DNA of 64,000 bases. Source: Patescibacteria group bacterium (GTDB lineage: Bacteria > Patescibacteriota > Minisyncoccia > UBA6257 > Colwellbacteraceae). The stretch covers positions 16,087 to 80,086 of the forward strand of contig JAMCRD010000005.1 of assembly GCA_023380475.1 (NCBI GenBank). Reading direction: 5' to 3'. The position numbers and the translations under genes are program-made. Shown here piece after piece: positions 56,870-64,000 of the stretch; within the stretch, counting starts at the first letter, position 1; every line of letters starts with the position of its first letter. The notes beneath the pieces are model-generated. The model was not told the DNA's origin. It ran no database searches and was given only the letters and a program-made list of their open reading frames with translations.

Positions 56870-58335
56870 TGTCCCGTTTCGTACCAACTATCGGTTTAGA
56901 AATTCACGCCGAGCTTAGGACAGTGACCAAGATGTTCTGCGGCTGTCTTAATGACCCGGAAGAGCATCAGCCTAATATAAACGTCTGTCCGGTTTGTTTG
57001 GGCCACCCCGGTGCATTGCCTACGATCAACCGCGAAGCGGTAAACAAAGTTATCTCTGTTGGCTTGGCTCTGGGCGGGAAGATAGGCAACGTATCTAAGT
57101 TTGATCGTAAAAGTTACTTTTATCCCGACCTGCCAAAGAGTTATCAAATAAGCCAATATGATGAGCCGCTTGTCATAGGTGGTTCACTAAAAGGGGTTAG
57201 GTTAACGCGTATCCACTTGGAGGAAGACACGGGGAGATTGTCTCACCAACTACCCGGGACGGTCGGTCGCGACCAAGATTATAGCTACGTTGACTTTAAC
57301 CGTTCCGGCATGCCGCTGATGGAACTAGTTACAGAACCGGACATAAAGTCGGCTGAACAAGCTCTGGAGTTCGCTAAGGAACTCCAGCTTATCTTGCGCT
57401 ACTTGGGAGCATCGGACGCTGACATGGAAAAGGGTCAGATGCGAGTGGAAGCCAACCTTTCAATAGCTGAGCCTGGCGCTAAGCTGGGTACGAAAGTGGA
57501 AGTTAAGAATCTGAATTCCTTCCGGGCGGTAAGAGATGCCATAAAGTACGAAATAGAGCGGCAAACGAAGATACTTGAAGGCGGCGGGAAAGTTATTCAG
57601 GAAACGCGCGGCTGGGATGAGCGAGGAGTCACAGTTTCACAGCGGCTCAAAGAGCAGGCTCATGATTACCGCTATATGCCAGAGCCTGATCTGCCGCCCA
57701 TGCTGATAAGCGATAAGGAAATTGAGGAGCTGCGGACTAATATACCGGAATTGCCTGAAGCGAGACGAGTAAGGTTTATAAACGAGTATAAGCTCGACGA
57801 GGTCCAGTCAGCTACTATCGTCGACGATCTGTCATACGCTGAGTTTTTTGAAGAAGCAGCTTCAGAGCTGAAAGCCGCGGCTGAGGATATTAATGCTAGG
57901 CAAGCTTCTTTTCAACTGTTAGCTAATTACTTGCTTAGCGATCTCAGAGGCCTGATGCAAAAGAAGGGTGTTGTTGATATGCCCGCTGTCCGCGATAAAG
58001 TACCACCAGCTAATTTCGCTTATCTCATAGCTTTAGTTGCTGCGAATAAAGTATCCAGTCGGACTGCAAAGGACACGCTTGCCGAGATGTTGGAGAAGGG
58101 GATAGACCCCCGTGAAATTCTGGAGAGTAACAGCCTGTTACAAATCCAAGACGAGAGTCAACTTGCCAGTGTAGTAGACAAGATCGTTGAATCGGCACCT
58201 AGAGCTGTAGCTGACTATAAGCGGGGCAGGACTACGGCCATTGAAGCTCTGGTCGGGAAAGCTATGGGCGAGTTGAAGGGGCGAGGAAATCCTGAAGTCT
58301 TGCGTAAGCTTTTCGCGGATCGTCTATCCAGATAA
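56869..58335 (+). CDS. gatB: Asp/Glu-tRNA amidotransferase subunit B
   Basis: N-terminus PTIGLEIHAELRTVTKMFCGC and a C-terminal GatB/YqeY domain. The stop overlaps the tmk stop codon (ATAATG). Confidence 0.9.
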   Translation: MSRFVPTIGLEIHAELRTVTKMFCGCLNDPEEHQPNINVCPVCLGHPGALPTINREAVNKVISVGLALGGKIGNVSKFDRKSYFYPDLPKSYQISQYDEPLVIGGSLKGVRLTRIHLEEDTGRLSHQLPGTVGRDQDYSYVDFNRSGMPLMELVTEPDIKSAEQALEFAKELQLILRYLGASDADMEKGQMRVEANLSIAEPGAKLGTKVEVKNLNSFRAVRDAIKYEIERQTKILEGGGKVIQETRGWDERGVTVSQRLKEQAHDYRYMPEPDLPPMLISDKEIEELRTNIPELPEARRVRFINEYKLDEVQSATIVDDLSYAEFFEEAASELKAAAEDINARQASFQLLANYLLSDLRGLMQKKGVVDMPAVRDKVPPANFAYLIALVAANKVSSRTAKDTLAEMLEKGIDPREILESNSLLQIQDESQLASVVDKIVESAPRAVADYKRGRTTAIEALVGKAMGELKGRGNPEVLRKLFADRLSR

Positions 58336-59203
58336 TACTCTTGTCTCTCTTAAACCAGGTCATCTGCCGCTTGGCATACTGCCATATCTCTTTTTGTAAC
58401 TGGCTGCGCATCTCGTCGTAGGATATTAGACCGCGCAGGTAACGTGATATATATCTGTACTCCAGACCTAGATTATCCAGGCGTTTCCAGCTTAATTCTT
58501 GTTTATGCAGCTCCGTCACCTCTTTTATAAGTCCGGTTTTTAGACGCCTTTTCAATCTTAGGTTAATACGCCTTCGTAATTCTGATGGCGGAAGTTTTAT
58601 ACCTACTTTTAGTACGTTATACTCGCTATTCCTGCTGAGAACTGGCAGCGGTTTACCGGTGGTAAGCGCTATTTCCAGGGATCTGATTAGCCTGCGCCGG
58701 TTGTGGCGATCGATATTGCGTGCTCTCCTGAGGTCTACTGTAGCCAGTTTTCTAAATAATTCGCTGGTTCCCAACGCCTCAAGTTTGGCACGGAGTTTGT
58801 TTTGGGGCGGTACTGACGGCAAGGACAAGTTGTAGATAAGCGCGTCGATGTAGAAACCGGTACCGCCGCAGATTATTGGTACCTTACCCTTAGATATGAC
58901 TCCACCAATGTGTTTTTGAGCCGCCCGCTGGTACTGCGCTGCGGTGAAGACTCTTTTAGGAGATGCGACCCCAAGCAGGTGATGGGGAATGCCGTGCATC
59001 TGGCTTCTGGTTATTTTGCCGCTGCCTATATCTAATCCCCGGTATACCTGCCTGGAGTCGGCGGATATTATTTCAGCTCCCTTGACCCTTAGCTCTCTGC
59101 GCCATTTAGGACTGCCTACCTTCTTGGCGATGTTTACGGCCAAATCAGATTTACCGCTTGCAGTTGGCCCAAGCACGACTATAACTCTAGGTCGCTCCTT
59201 CAT
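58262..59203 (-). CDS. miaA: tRNA dimethylallyltransferase
   Basis: P-loop VIVVLGPTASGKS and the IPT-family core. 74-nt convergent overlap with the gatB 3' end. Confidence 0.85.
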   Translation of the reverse strand: MKERPRVIVVLGPTASGKSDLAVNIAKKVGSPKWRRELRVKGAEIISADSRQVYRGLDIGSGKITRSQMHGIPHHLLGVASPKRVFTAAQYQRAAQKHIGGVISKGKVPIICGGTGFYIDALIYNLSLPSVPPQNKLRAKLEALGTSELFRKLATVDLRRARNIDRHNRRRLIRSLEIALTTGKPLPVLSRNSEYNVLKVGIKLPPSELRRRINLRLKRRLKTGLIKEVTELHKQELSWKRLDNLGLEYRYISRYLRGLISYDEMRSQLQKEIWQYAKRQMTWFKRDKSIIWIDDPRKAYARLQDFLAPSTRP

Positions 59204-59232
59204 CCTACTAAGTTGATCCTTATTCGGACTTA

Positions 59233-60990
59233 TCAGATGGTCTTATCTCTCACTTCCTGTTCTACTTTACGGACGAATTCGCTGAGCTTCATACTGATTT
59301 GTTCCTTACTCTTCCGGGTTCTCACAGTCACTGTCCCATCTTTGGCTTCCTTTTCTCCTACCACGATTATGTACGGCAGCTTCGCCAGCTCCGCTTCACG
59401 GATCCGTTTGTTGAGTGATTCATTAGTGTAGGGAAGTTCCGTTCTTATATCTGCCTTTTTGAGAGCAGTCGCCACTTCCTCGCCATACTTTAAGAATTTT
59501 TCTCCTATTGGTAAGACGGTGACCTGTACAGGTGCACACCAGACTGGGAAGGCGCCGGCGAAGTGTTCAATAACGACAGAGAGGAAACGTTCTATCGAAC
59601 CCATGATAGCGGCGTGGATCATCGCTATGCGTTCGTGTTCACCATTCTCGTTTATGCAGAAGAGATCGAAACGTTCTGGCATGTTCATATCGAGTTGAAT
59701 TGTTGCTACTTGCCATTCACGCCCCAAAGAGTCTTTGGCCATGAAGTCGAGCTTTGGGCCATAGAACGCCGCTTCACCCGGTGCTTCCGCAGCTGTGACT
59801 CCTCTTTCTTTAATCAACGAGCGGAGTTTTGATTCGGCATCATCCCACAGTTCAGCTGTGCCTAAGTATTTCTCCATGTGTGCCGGGTCGTGCAGTGAAA
59901 GTCTCACTGATAGTTTAAACCCGAACGCTCCATAGAATTCCTGTATTATGTCCCATATTTTTGATATTTCATCCTTGATCTGAGACTTACGGGCAAATAC
60001 ATGCGCATCGTCCTGTGTAATAGCGCGAACGCGCGATAAACCAGCGAGCTCGCCTGACTGTTCATCGCGATACACCTTGGTAGTGTTGGCATAGCGTTGC
60101 GGTAAGTCGCGGTAACTCCACTGGCGGCGGGCGTATATTTGGGTGTGGTGGGGGCAGTTCATGGGTTTCATAGCGAACAGGTGCCCTTCTCGTGTCTGTA
60201 TTTTGAAAAGTTCGTCCTTAAACTTCTCCCAGTGTCCGCTTTTCTCGTATAGATCCTTTTTGGTGATATGAGGGATATCTACTTGCACGTACCCACGCGC
60301 TTTCCTTAACTGCCATACAAAGTCATCAAGGAGGTTGCGGAGGGTAGTCCCTTTGGGGGTCCATAGCGGAAGGCCAGCTCCAACTAGATCGGAAAACGTG
60401 AAGAGATCCAGCTGTAGCCCTAGTATTTTATGGTCACGCCGTTTGGCTTCTTCCACAAATTTGAGATAGTCGTCCAGCTCTTTTTTGTTGGTAAAAGCTA
60501 GACCGTATATTCGCTGCAGCATAGGGTTTTTCTCATCGCCATGCCAATACGCCCCGGCTATCTTATCCAACTTAAATGCATCTGCCGGTATTTCTTCGGT
60601 GTTGTTAACATGTCCGCCGCGACATAAGTCCATAAACACATTACCGGTGTGGTATATGCTTAGGTTCTCGTTCTTATCCGAAAGCTCTTTTATAAGCTCG
60701 AGTTTGAAAGGCTGTTTGGCAAAAAGTTTTTTAGCTTCAGCCAACGATATTTTTTCGCCGGAGAAGGGGAGACGCTTCTTTATCAGCTCCCTCATCTTTT
60801 TTTCGAATCCCGTCAGATCTTCCGGGGTTAGATTGCGTGGAAGCAAAAAGTCATAGTAGAAGCCGTTGTCTATGACCGGACCGATAGCCAATTTGGCATC
60901 AGGGAACTTCTCTAAAACTGCCGCGGCTAAAAGATGGGCTAGCGAATGACGTATGTTCTCTATAGACTGAGTGCTGCTGCTTCCTGACAT
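59233..60990 (-). CDS. thrS: threonyl-tRNA synthetase (lacking N-terminal TGS domain)
   Basis: Editing-domain HxxxH (HSLAH), class II core (MNCPHHTQIY...), C-terminal anticodon-binding domain. 585 aa. Confidence 0.9.
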   Translation of the reverse strand: MSGSSSTQSIENIRHSLAHLLAAAVLEKFPDAKLAIGPVIDNGFYYDFLLPRNLTPEDLTGFEKKMRELIKKRLPFSGEKISLAEAKKLFAKQPFKLELIKELSDKNENLSIYHTGNVFMDLCRGGHVNNTEEIPADAFKLDKIAGAYWHGDEKNPMLQRIYGLAFTNKKELDDYLKFVEEAKRRDHKILGLQLDLFTFSDLVGAGLPLWTPKGTTLRNLLDDFVWQLRKARGYVQVDIPHITKKDLYEKSGHWEKFKDELFKIQTREGHLFAMKPMNCPHHTQIYARRQWSYRDLPQRYANTTKVYRDEQSGELAGLSRVRAITQDDAHVFARKSQIKDEISKIWDIIQEFYGAFGFKLSVRLSLHDPAHMEKYLGTAELWDDAESKLRSLIKERGVTAAEAPGEAAFYGPKLDFMAKDSLGREWQVATIQLDMNMPERFDLFCINENGEHERIAMIHAAIMGSIERFLSVVIEHFAGAFPVWCAPVQVTVLPIGEKFLKYGEEVATALKKADIRTELPYTNESLNKRIREAELAKLPYIIVVGEKEAKDGTVTVRTRKSKEQISMKLSEFVRKVEQEVRDKTI

Positions 60991-63900
60991 ATCAATTTTG
61001 TATCACCGTTCCGTTTGGAGATGTGTCCGATCAGGGCTATGGTATTGCCCTCTGCCCATATCGCCGGCTTCTTCTTCAGTATTTCCGAGAACACCAATAC
61101 TTCTATAGTATTGCTCAAATCCTCGATTTTAGCAAAAACCATCGAGCTGCCGTTTTTAGTAACAACTTTTTGTACTTTTGTGATTACACCGTAAGTTTTT
61201 ATGAGTTTACGTTCGCTTTCCTCTTTTAGCACAGTTTGGATCGGACTGTACCCCTTAGCGGCAAGAGTACTCAGGTACTTTTTGAGAGGGTGATCGGTGA
61301 CGTAAAGGCCGAGCAGTTCCTTTTCCCAAGCCAGACGTTGGACATGCGTAGCTGGCGGTACATCAGCCATTTTTATTTTCACTGTCGGCGTTTCGGCGCC
61401 AAATAGTCCTATTTGTGGACTGCCGTTAATCTTTTTAAGACCGTTCGATACTTTAAGTATTTCATCCAGGCTGGCTAGAGCAGACGCTCTTTCTATGCCC
61501 AATGAGTCCATGGCGCCCGACTTTATAAGAGCTTCCATAGCCTTACGATTCAGATCATGATGGCTGATCCTCGATGTTAGGTCGGCGATATCCTTGTAAG
61601 GGCCGCCTTTAAAGCGCTCTTCCACTATGGCTTCTGTAACATTGGCTCCGAGATTCTTTATAGCCAAAAGGCCGAAACGGATACTTTTACCCTCGGGCAC
61701 GAATTGGGTCGTGCTCTTGTTTACATCGGGCGGCAAGACTTCTATGCCCATCTGTCGCGCCTCGTTGACCAAGAAAGATATGCGCTCGACGTCGCCCGAG
61801 TCGTTGTTCAGGAGAGCCGTCATGAATTCGATTGGGTAATGCGCTTTAAGATATGCTGTCTGGTAGCCAATCAGGGCGTAACAGGCCGAATGTGCACGGT
61901 TGAATCCGTAGCGAGCGAATGGTTCTATAAGTTCCCAGGCTTGATTGGCGATTTTCTGCGGTATGTTGTTTTTTATGCAACCGTTGATAAATTTTTCTTT
62001 TTGGGCATCCAGCAGGGATTTTATTTTCTTGCCGACAGCTTTTACTAATAGGTACCCCTCGCCGCGTGTTAAGCCAGCCAGCTTGGTCGCTAGATCCATG
62101 ACCTGTTCTTGGTAGACGATGATGCCGTAAGTGCTTTTAAGAGTTTCTTCCATGATGGGATGGATGTACTTAATCGGTTCTTTGCCCTGCCTGCGGTTTA
62201 TATAGCTGGGTATAAGTTCCATGGGGCCTGGACGGAATAAAGCGACCAAAGCGATAAGATCATCGATCTTAGTCGGTTTCATGTCTTTCATGTAGCGTCG
62301 CATGCCACTGGATTCGAATTGGAATACGCCTGTTGTTTCGCCGTCCTGCAAGAGTTTATATGTGTCTTTATCGTCCATGGGTAGTTTGGATACGTCCACA
62401 TTTACGTCCTTCCCATTTTCTCTGATTAGTTTGACCGTTTCCTCGATGATAGTCAGATTTTTTAGCCCCAAGAAATCCATTTTCAAAAACCCTAAGTCTT
62501 CGACGGCATGCATCTCGTATTGGGTTATTATTCTTGACTCATCTTGCGGCGCCCGTTGCAAGGGGATGTTACCGATTAGGGATTCATTAGACACAACGAC
62601 ACCGCAAGCATGCACCGATGCGTGCCTAGCCACGCCTTCCAGTTTTAAGGCTGCGTCGATAAGTTTTTTCGCATCCGGATTGGTGTTGTAAAGCGATCTA
62701 AGGTCAGGTATGTCTTTAAGACACTGCTCTAGCCACCCCTCTTTCATACCTTGGGTGGGGTTAAAAGGAATAAGTTTCGCAATCTGATCGCAGAAGCCGT
62801 AAGGATATCCCATGGCACGGCCAGCATCACGTATCGCCGCCCTGGCAGCCATGGTTCCAAAAGTGATAATTTGGGCGACATGGTTCTCGCCATATCTATC
62901 TTTTACGTAACCTAGAACCTCATCGCGACGGTGGTCGGCAAAATCGATGTCTATATCAGGCATCGAGATACGTTCTGGGTTCAAGAAACGCTCGAAGAAC
63001 AGCCCGTAGGCCATCGGGTCTATTTCAGTTATTTTAAGTATGTAGGAAACTATGCTGCCGGCAGCCGAGCCGCGGCCAGGGCCGACGGCTATGCCATGTT
63101 CTTTGGCCCAGTTAACAAAGTCTTGGACTATTAGGAAATAATCGGCAAATCCGGTTTTTTCGATGACGCCTAGCTCGTAATCGACTCGTTTTCGGATCTC
63201 AGTTGTAGCATGTGGGTATCGCAAGGGTAATTTCTGTTCTACCAATTTGCGAAAGTATTCCATACTGGAGGTCTCTCCCTCGGGGAGGGGGTACACCGGT
63301 AGACGTGTCTTGCCGAGTTCAAGTTCAAAGTTGCATTTGTCAGCGACTTTAACCGTGTTGGCAATTGCCTCGGGAATATCCTTGAACAATTCTTCCATTT
63401 GTTCGGGAGAAGTAAGAGAGTTGTCGAACTTCTTGAAACTGAACCGGTCTTCTGATTCCAAACTGCTGCCGGTTTGTATGGCTAGAAGTATCTCGTGGAT
63501 AGGTTTCTCGTCTGGAGTTAGATAGTGCGAATCTTGCGTGGCGACGAGGGAGATATCTAGTTTGTGAGCAATATCTATTAGATGCGGTTTTAGTTCGGGA
63601 GTGTGCTGCTGTATCTCGATGTAATAATCTTCACCGAATATGTCGCGGTAGTACTTGGCTATGTTTTCGGCTTCAGCTAGTTTGCCGTCCATAACGGCTC
63701 TGGCCAGTTCTCCTGAAAAGCACCCCGACAGACAGATTAGACCCTCGTGATACTTTTCCAGCAGCTCGTGGTCTATCCTCGGCTTGTAATAAAAACCTTC
63801 GAGGTGAGCTTTGGTAACTAACTCTACTAGGTTGTGGTAACCCTGCTCATTTTTGACCAGCAAAATGGAATGGTAGCGTGCGCCGTCGACCCTGGGGTCG

Positions 63901-64000
63901 CGTGAGGTTCTTGACCCCTTGGCTATGTACATCTCGACCCCGATGATGGGCTTGATGCCCGCCTTCTTGGCCTTCTCGTAAAACTCAACTGCACCGTACA
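60960..64000 (-). CDS. dnaE: DNA polymerase III alpha subunit (N-terminal ~100 aa lie beyond the window end)
   Basis: PHP-domain remainder, palm/fingers motifs (GFLKMDFLGLKNLTII), OB fold. The frame stays open upstream of 63932 (…EFYEKAKKAGIKPIIGVEMYIAKG) to position 64000. Confidence 0.9.
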   Translation of the reverse strand, partial: YGAVEFYEKAKKAGIKPIIGVEMYIAKGSRTSRDPRVDGARYHSILLVKNEQGYHNLVELVTKAHLEGFYYKPRIDHELLEKYHEGLICLSGCFSGELARAVMDGKLAEAENIAKYYRDIFGEDYYIEIQQHTPELKPHLIDIAHKLDISLVATQDSHYLTPDEKPIHEILLAIQTGSSLESEDRFSFKKFDNSLTSPEQMEELFKDIPEAIANTVKVADKCNFELELGKTRLPVYPLPEGETSSMEYFRKLVEQKLPLRYPHATTEIRKRVDYELGVIEKTGFADYFLIVQDFVNWAKEHGIAVGPGRGSAAGSIVSYILKITEIDPMAYGLFFERFLNPERISMPDIDIDFADHRRDEVLGYVKDRYGENHVAQIITFGTMAARAAIRDAGRAMGYPYGFCDQIAKLIPFNPTQGMKEGWLEQCLKDIPDLRSLYNTNPDAKKLIDAALKLEGVARHASVHACGVVVSNESLIGNIPLQRAPQDESRIITQYEMHAVEDLGFLKMDFLGLKNLTIIEETVKLIRENGKDVNVDVSKLPMDDKDTYKLLQDGETTGVFQFESSGMRRYMKDMKPTKIDDLIALVALFRPGPMELIPSYINRRQGKEPIKYIHPIMEETLKSTYGIIVYQEQVMDLATKLAGLTRGEGYLLVKAVGKKIKSLLDAQKEKFINGCIKNNIPQKIANQAWELIEPFARYGFNRAHSACYALIGYQTAYLKAHYPIEFMTALLNNDSGDVERISFLVNEARQMGIEVLPPDVNKSTTQFVPEGKSIRFGLLAIKNLGANVTEAIVEERFKGGPYKDIADLTSRISHHDLNRKAMEALIKSGAMDSLGIERASALASLDEILKVSNGLKKINGSPQIGLFGAETPTVKIKMADVPPATHVQRLAWEKELLGLYVTDHPLKKYLSTLAAKGYSPIQTVLKEESERKLIKTYGVITKVQKVVTKNGSSMVFAKIEDLSNTIEVLVFSEILKKKPAIWAEGNTIALIGHISKRNGDTKLICQEAAALSL

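Overview
The window reads as a gene-dense (about 90% coding, about 50% GC) segment of a small-genome bacterium. Gene content is consistent with a CPR/Patescibacteria-like or other monoderm lineage; this is inference only. Most of it is core machinery: parAB, rel-topA, five aminoacyl-tRNA synthetases (glyQS, metG, leuS, pheS, thrS), gatCAB, ligA, murD, gyrB, secE-nusG-rplK, tmk, miaA, the 3' part of dnaE, and 11 tRNA genes. The two most unusual elements are in the second half. The first is a complete secretin-less type IV pilus locus (pilM/N/O, a small TM protein, pilB, pilT, pilC, a pilin, pilD, three minor pilins, a PilX-like gene). It is immediately preceded by an unusually large pilin-like gene and a 1,675-aa protein built of alternating DUF2341-like and LamG (ConA-like) modules, which I read as a candidate pilus-associated adhesin. 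The second is gyrB, interrupted in frame by a 434-aa intein carrying an HNH endonuclease domain at the EGDSAGG/SAK motif. Other accessory features: a Fic-family protein preceded by a small sigma-70 region-4-like HTH ORF and a CGGCTA-repeat operator-like region; a second orphan sigma-70 region-2 fragment next to tRNA-Ser(CGA); a small WG/KWG-like tandem-repeat protein; and an initiator-type tRNA-Met with atypical features. No CRISPR array, rRNA or obvious transposase/integrase was found.
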